64,000 bases of DNA from Haliotis rubra. Lineage: Eukaryota. The stretch covers positions 62,001 through 126,000 of the forward strand of contig NW_025767185.1 of the NCBI RefSeq assembly GCF_003918875.1, given 5' to 3'. A program made the position numbers and the translations under genes. Positions 26,645-40,734 of this stretch are shown here, piece by piece (the stretch's first letter is position 1; the number at the start of each line of letters is the position of its first letter). The notes under the pieces were generated by a model, which was given only the letters and a program-made list of their open reading frames with translations, made no database searches and was not told the DNA's origin.

Positions 26645-28717
26645 ATTGGTGTAGAAGATACACAGTTGTTGTTGGAACACTTAGTGTCATCGCTGATGAT
26701 CAGGAATCCATTCATAGGTAGATAGGATGTTTTGGCGGAGAATGAAAACCGGTTATTTCCTTGTATATACTTGAACTTGGTCCTTGTTTCTGTTTCATCA
26801 GAGGGTCATTAGCATATAACGAGTTAGCCCTCTCCCTCCACAGAGTTGTAAAGTATAAATTTGTTGAACGTGGTACGTTTTTATCCAAACTTGACATAAA
26901 CAATGTGTCCATCAGTATACATGACAGACAGCAGTTGACGTGTCTAGAGCACTACAGTACAGCATGCAGGCTAGGAATCACCGGTATACTGGAAGAGACA
27001 CAATAGGCTTGACATTATATAACGCGAAGTTCCCATTGTAGCAGATTCACCAGCATAACAGGCAAACTTCCCCGGGGTAGTAAAGTAGAAACAATATAGT
27101 TTACAAGAGGGTTTTACCAAACATAGTTGGTTGACTGTTATAGTATGGAGACTATTGGGCAAGGACCCAAATAATGCTTCCCACGAGAATCCTGGCTTTC
27201 AGCAGACCAGGGACATAGTTTAGTTAAAGCATTCACTTAACCATTCGGTTAACATACGGTCAAATCATAGAATTAATATAAAGACCAGACGTTGTAACTT
27301 TGGGCCTTCCTAGGGCTATTCAGTTCAAAAGTCGTTTGCCACATTCCATTTTGTAATTCTGTCTAACATCGCTGTGAAACTCGAGAACTCTCTGGCATAA
27401 AAATATCGTATACAATTTGACAACATTCTGAATCTTTCTTACGCAGTGCATCGTGTGCTAGTCTGATCACTGTTCATTAGATATGGTAAAAATGGCATGT
27501 TTGACGTCTCCCGTGGCCAGATAATCACCCAGTGCTGTGTTGCCGTGTGATATTGGCTAACAAGCATGTTGCTGCAGTTTGCAAAGTGCATCTCTCACAA
27601 CTGAGAGGCGATGGCCCTCGCAACTGTTTCATAATTGGGGCTATATTTGCTGACAGGAACCCAGTGCCCGGCAGAATCAATTTGAAATCTGGCCTCGGCC
27701 GAATGCGTCTCAAACGCAGGCAATAATTAGACAAAGCCAGACCACTTCTTTCTCTAAATCAGGCCGCCCTGGGGATCCTTCTCAATTGCACCATTGCAGA
27801 TAGTTTTTTGTACGTCGTTGATGAAGTGTCCCTTGCACCAGGTAATCAAAGCATATCGTTTGCGTCAATCACGTCGCGCGCTTTTGCGGGCTTCTCTTGC
27901 TCCCTACTCTTCCCGCCATTGTGTTAGAGACGAAGCAGACGACAATATGCGCCATTTTGAATGTTCCCGCAAGCTACTCGATGGTACAGATAATCTTAAA
28001 AAACGCAGTCAACCCAAGAGCAACTTCATCCGACTGGCAGGTTTTTTTATAATTGTCGTTCATGAGAACTGGCTCCACATGCAAGTTACAGCAGCCCTCC
28101 TCCACACTGACTAATGATTGCCCACCTTCTCAAAACATGCATCCTTCCCGCTTGCCTTCTGTCATATGGCGCGGCCCCAATTTCCTATAACACAACAATC
28201 AGTTCTTTCCAACAGACATTATGTACAGCCCCCTGAAATGAATGTGCAAGAACAGATGCAGTAATCATATGGCCAGTGGCATATCCTCGTCATTGCCATG
28301 ATCCACATGCACAAGCAGTACACAGCATATTGACGCCCTCTTGCACATATAGGTAAGTATTATCAACAGTGCAACATGATGTCCTTTTTCTAAAGGATTT
28401 TTGGCAATCTTAGACAAACCCGGCGCACCTTGTTGAAAAAGACTTTCAGTAGCACCACCATATACTGAGTACCCTCCAACACCCAGGACATGCTTGCGGG
28501 TTCCAACCACCACCAACAGCAATTCGCTCACCATTACCACATATTGTACTGTCAGGCGACCACCCCTCCAGCCACTGGCTAGACGTTACACGCAATTGCT
28601 TGTTTATATTGATCCACGTGTTACAAGTGTTAAACACTGGTACAGAATGCCCCGCGGGCTGAAGCAGCTTGTTACCCACCATCCGTGAGAGATGAGTGAT
28701 CTTGAAGTACACAGCGC

Positions 28718-28855
28718 NNNNNNNNNNNNNNNNNNNNNNNNNNNNNNNNNNNNNNNNNNNNNNNNNNNNNNNNNNNNNNNNNNNNNNNNNNNNNNNNNNN
28801 NNNNNNNNNNNNNNNNNNNNNNNNNNNNNNNNNNNNNNNNNNNNNNNNNNNNNNN
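28718..28855. other. Assembly gap (138 N)
   Basis: Run of N. Confidence 1.
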
Positions 28856-28988
28856 TCACACCAATAGTATATTTACTCTATTATCAATATTAATGACACA
28901 CAAACTGTCCACTCTGTGTAAGTTGATGAAATTGTATTTCATGGCAAAAGATAACATTTCCTGTCAACGTTGTTCTGTACGCTGAACG

Positions 28989-29110
28989 TCGGGTTCGATT
29001 CTCTATATGGGTTACAGGTACAGTGCGTGAAGCCCATTTCTGGTGCCCCCAACCCCCGCTGTGATATTGCGGGAATATTGCTAAAAGCGGCGTAAAATCA
29101 TACTCACTCA
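28989..29110 (+). mobile_element. 5'-truncated tRNA-derived SINE (same family as 36025-36185)
   Basis: Starts at the B-box (ggttcgattc). Body gtgaagcccatttc..ggaatattgctaaaagcggcgtaaaa, tail actcactca. 14-bp TSD ctgtacgctgaacg at 28975-28988 and 29111-29124. Confidence 0.92.
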
Positions 29111-29849
29111 CTGTACGCTGAACGAATTTGTTGTTCCACCAATGGATGGGGAAACAGGAAACTTCACAAACACTTTTATGGGAGTTAATCATTTCAGTAT
29201 ATTATTTATATTCCCTGTCGACATTCGTGTCTCAAGTCGTATTAAATACGTACGCATTCACCACTTCGATACCACAGTTAGTTTCAGCAAATTGCAGCTG
29301 ATTGGAAATTCCATATGGTTTATTTGCGTGGCTGTCTGGGGCGAAATATCTCCGTCGTTTGTAGGCTACTTCAAAGAAGATTGACGCTAGACTATAACAA
29401 CCCATTATCCATCGCCGGGTTTACATTTGGACTGTAACCGTCTAGGAAACACTGACTTACGAATGGTTTTTCCTGTCAAGACGTTGAACAACAGGTGTAA
29501 ATGGTCTGTGCCATATTTGGAAGCGGACGTGGACAAATACCACAGGAGTTATTACTGCACGTCACAGGAGTTCTGTGGTAACGGTCAACTAAAACTTGAA
29601 ACACACACCTAATGAGGACGTGGCACGGGCGACAATGGAGGTTAAAATTGATCTGGCAGATTAAGCCGGCTGCCCACAAGGTTTATTAAGGAACACCAAC
29701 TTAGTGACGTTGAGATCCGCCGATGACTGTTGTTGTACTGTTCTGTTACATAGCGTATGTCACGATATCCTGGCAACACTCTTTCGCAAATAAATTTGTT
29801 AAGTCTCAGAATGTTATCGAATATCGACAAGCTTTGTTTAATATTCAGA

Positions 29850-32800
29850 TGTGTTTACCTTAAAACGCCTAAAGAGGGCCAGACAGGTCTGTGTTGTTAT
29901 CTTACCCCGTCTTAACCAGGACCAGACAGGTCTGTGTTGTTATCTTACAACGCCTAAAGAGGGCCAGAAAGGTGTGTGTTGTTATCTTACCACGTCTTAA
30001 CCAGGGGCAGACAGGTGTGTGTTGTTATCTTACCACGTCTTAACAAGGGGCAGACAGGTGTGTGTTGTTATCTTACCACGTCTTAACCAGGGGCAGACAG
30101 GTGTGTGTTGTTATCTTACCACGTCTTAACAAGGGGCAGACAGGTGTGTGTTGTTATCTTACCACGCTTTAACCAGGGCCAGACAGGTCTGTGTTGTTAT
30201 CTTACCACGTCTTAACCAGGGGCAGACAGGTGTGTTTTGTTATCTTACCACGCTTTAACCAGGGGCAGACAGGCGTGTGTTGTTATCTTACCACGCCTTA
30301 ACCAGGGGCAGACAGGTGTGTGTTGTTATCTTACCACGTCTTAACCAGGGGTAGACAGGTGTGTGTTGTTATCTTACCACGTCTTAACCAGGGCCAGACA
30401 GGTCTGTGTTGTTATCTTACCCCGTCCTAACCATGGGTGGAGAGATGAGTGTTGTTATTATCTTACCACGTCTTAACCAGGGTCAGACAAGTGTGTGTTG
30501 TTATCTAACCGCGTCTTAACCACGGGCAGACAGGTGTGTGTTGTTATCTTACCTCGTCTTAACCAGGGGCAGACAAGTGTGTGTTGTTTTCTTACCACGT
30601 CTTAACCTTGGGCAGACAGGTATGTGTTGTTATGTTACCACGCTTTAACCGGGGGCAGACAGATGTGTGTTGAGATCCTACCACGCTTTAACCAGGGGCA
30701 GACAGGTGTGTGTTGTTATCTTACCACGTCTTGATCATGGGTGGAGAGATGTGTCTTGTTATCTTACCACGCTTTAACCAGGGGCAGACAGGTGTGTGTT
30801 GTTATCTTACCACGTCTTGATCATGGGTGGAGAGATGTGTCTTGTTATCTTACCACGCTTTAACCAGGGGCAGACAGGTGTGTGTTGTTATCTTACCACG
30901 CTTTAACCAGGAGCAGACAGGTGTGTGTTGTTATCTTACCACGTCTTGATCATGGGTGGAGAGATGTGTCTTGTTATCTTACCACGCTTTAACCAAAAGC
31001 AGACAGGTGTGTGTTGTTATCTTACCACGCTTTAACCAGGAGCAGACAGGTGTGTGTTGTTATCTTACCACGTCTTAACCTTGGACAGACAGGTGTGTGT
31101 TGTTATCTTACCACGCTCTAACCAGGGGCAGACAGATGTGTGTTGAGATCCTGCAACGCTTTAACCAGTGGCAGACAGGTGTGTGTTGTTATCTTACCAC
31201 GTCTTGACCATGAGTGGAGAGATGTGTCTTGTTATCTTACCACGCTTTAAGCAGGGGCAGACAGGTGTTTGTTGTTATCTTACAACATCATAACCAGGGG
31301 TAGACAGGTGTGTGTTGTTATCTTACCACGCTTTAACCAGTGGCAGACAGGTGTTTGTTGTTATCTTACAACATCATAACCAGGGGTAGACAGGTGTGTG
31401 TTGTTATCTTACCACGTCTTAACCAGGGGCAGACAAGTGTCTGTTGTTATCTTACCACGTCTTAACCAGGGCCAGACAGGTGTGTGTTGTTATCTTACCA
31501 CGTCTTAACCAGGCGCAGACAAGTGTGTGTTGTTATCTTACCACGTCTTAACCAGGGGCAGACGGGTGTGTGTTGTTATCTTACCACGCTTTAACCAGGG
31601 GCAGACAGATGTGTGTTGTTATCTTACCACGTCTTAACCAGGGGCAGACAGGTGTTTGTTGTTATCTTACCACGCTTTAACTGGGGCAGACAGATGTGTG
31701 TTTTATGTTACCACGTCTTAACCAGGCGCAGACAGGTGTGTTTTGTTATCTTACCACGCTTTAACAAGGGACACACAGGTGTGTGTTGTTATCTTACCAC
31801 GTCTTGACCATGGGTGGAGAGATGTGTGTTGTTATCTTACCACGTCTTAACCTAGGGCAGACAAGTGTGTGTTTGTATCTTACCACGTCTTAACCTTGGG
31901 CAGACAGGTGTGTGTTGTTATCTTACCCCGTCTTATCCAGGAGTAGACAGGTGTGTGTTGTTATCTTACCACGTCTTAACCAGGGTCAGACAAGTGTGTG
32001 TTGTTATCTTACCACGTCGTAACCATGGGTGGAGAGATATGTGTTGTTGTCTTACCACGTCTTAACCAGGGGTAGACAGGTGTGTGTTGTTATCTTTCCA
32101 CGTCTTAACCAGAGTTAGACAGGTGTGTGTTGTTATCTTACCACGTCTTTACCATGGGTGGAGAGATGTGTGTTGTTATCTTACCACGTCTTAACCAGGG
32201 GCAGACAGGTGTGTGTTGTTATCTTACCACGCTTTAACTGGGGCAGACAGATGTGTGTTTTATGTTACCACGTCTTAACCAGGGGCAGACAAGTTTGTGT
32301 TGCTATCTTACCACGTCTTAACATGGGGCTGACAGGTGTGTGTTGTTATGTTACCACGTCTTAACCTTGGGCAGACAGATGTGTGTTGAGATCTTACCAC
32401 GCTTTAACCAGGGGCAGACAGGTGTGTGTTGTTATTTTACCACGCTTTCACCAGGGGTGACAGGTGTGTGTTATTATCTTACCACGTCTTGACCATGGGT
32501 GGAGAGATGTGTGTTGTTATCTAACCACGCCTTAACCAGGGGCAGACAGGTGTGTGTTGTTATCTTCCAACGTCTTAACCAGTGGTAGACAGGTGTGTGT
32601 TGTTATCTTTCCACGTCTTAACCAGGGGCAGACAAGTGTGTGTTGTTATTTTACCACGTCTTAACCAGGGGTAGACAGGTGTGTGTTGTTATCTTACCAC
32701 GTCTTAACCAGGGGCAGACAAGTGTGTGTTATTATCTTACCACGTCTTAACCAGGGGCAGACAGGTGTGTGTTGTTATTTTACCACGCTTTAACCAGGGG

Positions 32801-34782
32801 CAGACAGATGTGTCGAGATCTTACCACTCTTAACCAGGGGCAGACAGGTGTGTTTTGTTATCTTACCACGCTTTAACCAGGGGCAGACAGGTGTGTGTTG
32901 TTATCTTACCACGTTTTAACCATGGGCAGACAAGTGTGTGTTATTATCTTACCACGTCTTAACCAGGGGCAGACAGGTGTGTGTTGTTATCTTACCACGC
33001 TTTAACCAGGGGCAGACAGGTGTGTGTTGTTATCTTACCACTTCTTAACCAGGGGCAGACAAGTGTCTGTTATTATCTTACCACGTCTTAACCAGGGGCA
33101 GACAGGTGTGTGTTGTTATCTTACCACGCTTTAACCAGGGGCAGACAGATGTGTGTTGAGATCTTACCACGCTTTAACCAGGGGCAGACAGGTGTGTTTT
33201 GTTATCTTACCACGCTTTAACAAGGGACACACAGGTGTGTGTTGTTATCTTACCACGTCTTGACCATGGGTGGAGAGATGTGTGTTGTTATCTTACCACG
33301 TCTTAACCTAGGGCAGACAAGTGTGTGTTTGTATCTTACCACGTCTTAACCTTGGGCAGACAGGTGTGTGTTGTTATCTTACCCCGTCTTATCCAGGAGT
33401 AGACAGGTGTGTGTTGTTATCTTACCACGTCTTAACCAGGGTCAGACAAGTGTGTGTTGTTATCTTACCACGTCGTAACCATGGGTGGAGAGATATGTGT
33501 TGTTGTCTTACCACGTCTTAACCAGGGGTAGACAGGTGTGTGTTGTTATCTTTCCACGTCTTAACCAGGGGTAGACAGGTGTGTGTTGCTATCTTTCCAC
33601 GTCGTAACCATGGGTGGAGAGATGTGTGTTGTTATCTTACCAAGTCTAAATCAGGGGTAGACAGGTATGTGTTGTTATAGTAGCACGTCTTAACCATGGG
33701 TGGAGAGATGTGTGTTGTTATCTTACCACGCTTTAACCAGGGGTAAACAGGTGTGTGTTGCTATCTTACCACGTCTTAACCAGGGGCAGACAAGTGTGTA
33801 TTGTTATCTTACCACGCTTTAACCTTGGGTAGACAGGTGTTTGTTGTTATCTTACCACGTCTAAATCAGGGGTTGACAGATGCGTGTTGTTATCTTACCA
33901 CGTCATAACCATGGGTGGAGAGATGTGTGTTGTTATCTTACCACGTCTTAACCCGGGGCAGACATGTGTGTTGTTATCTTACCACGCTTTAACCTTTTGT
34001 AGACAGGTGTTTTTTGTTATCTTACCACACCTAAATCAGGGGTAGACAGGTGTTTGTTGTTATCTTACCACACCTAAATCAGGGGTAGACAGGTGTGTGT
34101 TGTTATCTTACCACGTCTTAACCAGGGCCAGACAGGTGTGTGTTGTTATCTTACCACGTCTTAACCAGGCGCAGACAAGTGTGTGTTGTTATCTTACCAC
34201 GTCTTAACCAGGGGCAGACGGGTGTGTGTTGTTATCTTACCACGCTTTAACCAGGGGCAGACAGATGTGTGTTGTTATCTTACCACGTCTTAACCAGGGG
34301 CAGACAGGTGTTTGTTGTTATCTTACCACGTCTAAATCAGGGGTAGACAGGTGTTTGTTGTTATCTTACCACACCTAAATCAGGGGTAGACAGGTGTGTG
34401 TTGTTATCTTACCACGTCTTAACCAGGGGTAGACAGGTGTGTGTTGTTATCTTACCACGTCTAAATCAGGGGTAGACAGGTGTTTGTTGTTATCTAACCA
34501 CGTCTAAATCAGGGGTAGACCGGTTTTTGGTTGTTATCTGACCACACCTAAATCAGGGGTAGACAGGTGTGTGTTGTTATCTCACCACGTCTTAACCAGG
34601 GGTAGACAGGTGTGTGTTGCTATCTTACCACTTCTTAACCAGGGCCAGACAGGTCTGTGTTGTTATCTTACCACGTCTAAATCAGGGGTAGAGAGGTGTG
34701 TGTTGTTATCTTACCACGTCTAAATCACTGGTAGACAGGTGTGTTTTGTTATCTTACCACGTCTAAATCAGGGGTTGACAGG
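29850..34782. repeat. 43-bp minisatellite, over 100 copies (gttatcttaccacgtcttaaccaggggcagacaggtgtgtgtt)
   Basis: Regular 43-bp period with recurring variants (catgggtggagagat, ctaaatcaggggta). Confidence 0.98.
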
Positions 34783-36024
34783 CATCGGGACGGGTAGTGT
34801 ATATTTTTGTTGATGATATGAATACATGTAAAGATGCAAGTAAGAGTGGAAATATTACTTGAATGCACAAGGGCCATGATAGGTAAGTGTTCACACCAAA
34901 ACACTGCAGTACGGCATAGAACGTTGATATATTTAAGGCTATATATCATAGTATGTAGATGTGTGACGTGATTAATTTTGTAGTACTGGTCATTGTGGAG
35001 ATATTAACGCATATTGAGAATTTGGTCAGCGACTAACACAGGATTATGAGGTGGTGCCTAAATATTGGATAGATAAACGATGAAGTGATTGGTGATTAAT
35101 TGATTATTCGTTCAAACGAATGCCCCTTAGACTCACTGAGGCGATAAGAGCAGGACGAGATGAATCGTATATGTTTAACTCTCTTTATATTCTGGATAGC
35201 ATTTCAACAAAAAATCACTTAATGAATTATTTTCACGTTATTGCAATTTAGTAACACCGCCGCAGACGGGTTCTGTGACAAGCAAGGTTATTTCCACCAA
35301 TCACCTGCCTCCTTTGGTTTTGTACTTCCGGTTACGGCGTCTGGTCTTCCCAAGGGATTGAGGGTCGGCGAACTTGATCTCCCCTTCCATCAACTATTTA
35401 TTATTGATGCGAGCTCCAAGACCATCTCGCCCTCAGTGGATTGTCATAAATTTCCGAGAAATATTACCACATTTACAAAATGTTAATCACATTGAGAGTA
35501 GCAGATAGTTTTGCCATTAAAGCGAAGTAAATTTACTTCCGTGAGCCCATAGATGAAAGCTGGTTGATAGGAGAGTCACATCCCGATGAAGCCTCGTTTC
35601 CGCTCTAGTGCTTCCGGCACAGACATGGAGCTGGTTGGAAATAGATTGATTGCATTTGGTCAGACATTGTTACATGTCAAAATCACACAGCTTTGACCTG
35701 GACGTTTTCTGATTACAGTAGGGTTTAAGGATTCAGCACAGTCACGTTAGTTACCAGTGTACAACGCCATGCTGATAACATTATGAAAATAATCAGTTTT
35801 ATTCATTTTTCATTGTCTGTTTACTGTTAAATTCTGCATATAAAGAAATTAACATTTGTGTTCTTGCAGGTAGACGTATTATTTAAACATAGTTGTTTGC
35901 GATAGCGACATTAGCTTATATTGTGTTCATGTTGTTCTCGTTTGGTATAACAACCAAATCTGAAGAGGTCTTTGTTTTCTGAAAAAATGAAATAATTTAG
36001 ACCTTCTGTGTCACAACCGGCACA

Positions 36025-36185
36025 GGGGCGGTGGGGTAGCCTAGTGGTTAAAGCGTTGGCTCGTCACGCCGAAGACCCGGGTTCGAATCCCCACATGGGT
36101 ACTATGTGTGAAGCCCATTTCTCTGGTGACCCCCGCCGTGCTGTTGCTGGAATATTGCTAAAAGCGGCGTAAAACCAGGCTGTCA
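36025..36185 (+). mobile_element. Full-length tRNA-derived SINE with tRNA-Asp-like head
   Basis: A-box tagcctagtgg, B-box ggttcgaatcc. Segment cgtcacgccgaagacccgggttcgaatcccc resembles the tRNA-Asp(GTC) anticodon-to-T arm. 15-bp TSD gtcacaaccggcaca at 36010-36024 and 36186-36200. Confidence 0.95.
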
Positions 36186-36999
36186 GTCACAACCGGCACA
36201 CGATGCATGGAAAATCCTGCCAGAAGTGATTATCAGACAGTGTCTCTGTATTCTCTAGCCACTTGCATTGCTCTCAAGATCTACGTACATCATGCATTCT
36301 CGAAATGTATTCACACAGAATGCATATATCCCCTTTTAAACCCAGCCCACACTATTAATTCAGAATTGAAAGACTCCACATTGTTACGAAGCCCGATATA
36401 TGAGGTGTGGGTCTTTTTGCAGAGAAAATCAATGATTTTGTAACAGTAGAAAATACAGTGTCTGATGGGAGGACCCACTTTCACCCGACTGTCTCCTTCG
36501 TGACCTGACGTCACTGATCACGTGATATGGAGAACTGTCGTGGAAGTCTGTCCCCATAACAAAGACTAGTTTTGTTGAAAGCTTTGTACCAACTGGCAAT
36601 GCGTAGGTCCGTGTTATCTTATCGACTGTGTTACCATCGGCCAGGTTATGACCTACACCGTCAACTACGGTGCCTACTGACATCTGTTTTGATCTGTTGC
36701 CCACAACTGAACGTTTCGCTTGCTTCCATGACGCCCGCCGCATATACCGAGTGTTTCAACACCTACTACATCCTTTACTATACATGCATTATCTGAAGCA
36801 GTACTAGGTCCGAATCAATATTGATATTTGTGACCGTCTCACAGACTTGCCCTATGTCCTCCCTCAGGTCAATGAGAATTGCCAAGATCATTTGAAATGA
36901 TTTATGTCAGCAAACATTATTATTCATTAATCTTTTGAGATAGCTTGCTACACTGAAAGCATGTCTTGTGTGTTTCCTGTATATCACACATCTCAAAGC

Positions 37000-39060
37000 A
37001 TATAGTTTACAATGTATCTCCACGTTGTATATATCTACACAATATATCTCTTCACTGTATATGGCTTACAATGTATCTCCACGTTGTATACATCTACACA
37101 ATATATCTCTTCACTGTATATGGCTTACAATGTATCTCCACGTTGTATACATCTACACAATATATCTCTTCACTGTATATGGCTTACAATGTATCTCCAC
37201 GTTGTATATATCTACACAATATATCTCTTCACTGTATATGGCTTTACAATGTATCTCCACGTTGTATACATCTACACAATATATCTCTTCACTGTATATG
37301 GCTTTACAATGTATCTCCACGTTGTATACATCTACACAATATATCTCTTCACTGTATATGGCTTACAATGTATCTCCACGTTGTATATATCTACACAATA
37401 TATCTCTTCACTGTATATGGTTTACAATGTATCTCCACGTTGTATATATCTACACAATATATCTCTTCACTGTATATGGCTTACAATGTATCTCCACGTT
37501 GTATACATCTACACAATATATCTCTTCACTGTATATGGCTTACAATGTATCTCCACGTTGTATATATCTACACAATATATCTCTTCACTGTATATGGCTT
37601 ACAATGTATCTCCACGTTGTATATATATACACAATGTATCTCTTCACTGTATATGGTTTACAATGTATATCCGTCTTGTATATATCTACACAATATATCT
37701 CTTCACTGTATATGGTTTACAATGTACCTCCGTCATGTATATATCTACACAATATATCTCTTCATAGTATATGGTTTACTATGTATCTCCGTCTTGTATA
37801 TATCTACACAATATATCTCTTCACTGTATATGGTTTACAATGTATCTCCACGTTGTATATATCTACACAATATATCTCTTCACTGTATATGGATTACAAT
37901 GTATCTCCACGTTGTATATATCTACACAATATATCTCTTCACTGTATATGGCTTACAATATATCTGCGTCTTGTATATATCTACACAATATATCTCTTCA
38001 CTGTATATGGTTTACAATGTATCTCCACGTTGTATATATCTACACAATATATCTCTTCACAGTATATGGTTTACAATGTATCTCCGTCTTGTATATATCT
38101 ACACAATATATCTCTTCACTGTATATGGATTACAATGTATCTCCACGTTGTATATATCTACACAATATATCTCTTCACTGTATATGGTTTACAATGTATC
38201 TCCACGTTGTATATATCTACACAATATATCTCTTCACTGTATATGGTTTACAATGTATCTCCAGGTTGTATATATCTACACAAGATATCTCTTCACTGTA
38301 TATGGTTTACAATATATCTCCGTCTTGTATATATCTACACAATATATCTCTTCACTGTGTATATTTTACAATGTTTCTCCACGTTGTATATATCTACACA
38401 ATATATATCTTCACTGTATATGGTTTACAATGTATCTCGACGTTGTATATATCTACACAATATATCTCTTCACAGTATATAGTTTACAATATATCTCCGT
38501 CATGTATATATCTACACAATATATCTCTTCACTGTATATGGTTTACAATGTATCTCCGTCATGTATATATCTACACAATTTATCTCTTCACTGTATATGG
38601 TTTACAATGTATCTCAGTCTTGTATATATCTACGCAATATATCTATTCACAGTATATTGTTTGCAATGTACCTCCGTCATGTATATATCTCCACAATATA
38701 TCTCATCATTGTATCTGGTTTACTATGTATCTCCGTCTTGTATATATCTACACAATATATCTCTTCACTGTATATGGTTGACAATGTATCTCCACGTTGT
38801 ATATATCTACACAATGTATCTCTTCACTGTATATGGTTTACAATGTGTCTCCGTCTTGTATATATCTACACAATATATCTCTTCACTGTATATGGTTTAC
38901 AATGTATCTCCACGTTGTATATATCTACACAATATATCTCCTCACATTATATAGTTTACTATATATCTCCGTCATGTATATATCTACACAATATATCTCT
39001 TCACAGTATATGGTTTTTCAATATATCTCCAGTATACGTTGTATATATCTATACATATAT
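37000..39060. repeat. 59-bp minisatellite made of 30+29-bp subunits (tacaatgtatctccacgttgtatatatctacacaatatatctcttcactgtatatggct)
   Basis: Regular period; two related acaat.tatctc subunits per unit. Homogeneous on the left, diverging to the right. Confidence 0.97.
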
Positions 39061-39270
39061 ACAGTAAATTGTTTCACAATATATCTCCACGTTGTATCAT
39101 CTATACAGTAACTTACTTCACAATATATCTCAACGTTGTATCATCTATACAGTAAATTACTTCACAATATATCTCCACGTTGTATCATCTATACAGTAAA
39201 TTACTTCACAATATATCTCCACGTTATATTATCTATACAGTAAATTGCTTCACAATATATAGCCTCGTAC
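39061..39270. repeat. 44-bp derivative repeat at the edge of the 59-bp array (acagtaaattacttcacaatatatctccacgttgtatcatctat)
   Basis: About 4.5 copies, period 44 (39105 to 39149); reuses caatatatctccacgttgtat from the adjacent array. Confidence 0.85.
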
Positions 39271-40734
39271 ATATCTACACAATGTATATTTTCACAATAT
39301 GTCTGAACACAGTATATTGTTCACATTACGTATGCTGTCAGTATGTGTTTGCAGTAAGTCCCACCACATTATGATGGTTTTAGCGTCTATCTGAAAAATT
39401 TACCGCCGGTATTGTGTTCCTTGGTTTGCCCGGGTCATGAATGTAAACCATAAATGACCGCAATATGCTTTACTTTTTTTCTTCCAACACTGGGCACGCC
39501 ATGATGAAACCTAAATGCCCAACTCTGTCGTGTACCCATTCTGCCAGTACACGATTGCTCAGTGTATTTGAACTTCTCTAGTACCTGTGTTCAGTATCAT
39601 GGACGGCCGTTGTGTCTAATTACATTGTATATCCATTTCTCCACTAGAATGTCCGACGTTAAACAGATGAGGCAGAATGTATTCAGCTCGAATACGTATC
39701 TGCTATTCGCTGAAACTGAGTTAAAGAACAAGAAATAAATCTCGTTGAAGCGAAGCCCACGCGTTTTTTCTGGCAAGCCCTGTGCACGTGCTTTAAATTG
39801 CTGAAGGCCCGACCCTGTAGAAGGCGCGATGCTATCGAGTGGAAAGCCCAGCAACAGAAACCGCGCTGCATTATTGAAATTCCCTTGTTGTCAATTCGTA
39901 TTTTACAACTTTAAATTGGCTTTCTAACAAACTCTGCAAATAGACTCGCCTTAGATTAGGCATAGGAGGAGCCTGTTGTGGTTTTACACAGCCCAAAACA
40001 AACAGACGTCTATACTCGTGCAACTGGTATTCAGTGATTCACTGAACAAACCCTTCCATCTTGTATTAGCCTTGTGAAAGTGCATTACCCAAACACACAC
40101 AGAGATATATGACAGCTCTGATAACGCCACATTAATTAATACCGCGACGCATCTGTTTTTATAAAGAACTCTAATCCACTAGGGAATGTCATTTTCATGA
40201 CAATGACCCAGGGGGAGAGTACTCTAATACATGCCAGTTGGAGTGGACTGTCCCGCCAGACGGTTCGATCTGCTTGATGTAGCTGAGTGGCGTGGACCGG
40301 TTAACACACAACATGGGACCAGACAGTATCAATCATGGTTATCCTCCCAGACAATTGCCATCTGATCCAAACTTAATATCTACCTCTAAATATTCCATAT
40401 TACGGAATGGAACAGGTCTAGACCGGACTTTAGGACAATTACCAGCGTTAAGGAGGCTTGTGCTTGACTTGTGATGGGCAGTTCCTAGATAGTTAGATAC
40501 TGCTTGTCAAAGTAATGCACCCTTCTTGCCGGTAATGTTATTTGTACTGCTAAACCCATGTCTCTGTCAAAGTCCCCAGTGGATGGCCGACACACACCCT
40601 CTCGGCAAAGGTGACCAGTGGATTCGACCATGTTTATTTGGCATGCCAAGTTTAGAGTTGATGAACTGGCTGAAGTGAACTAAATAGGAATTATTGTGTA
40701 GACAGGCATGTTGCTGTGGCCGACATAGCCCTTA

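Noticed and set aside
28265-28985. ORFs around the N gap
   Set aside because: Length is inflated by Ns and no recognisable motif is present.
36030-36100. tRNA-Asp gene
   Set aside because: No convincing acceptor stem; it continues into a SINE body and tail, is flanked by a 15-bp TSD, and has a truncated sibling at 28989.
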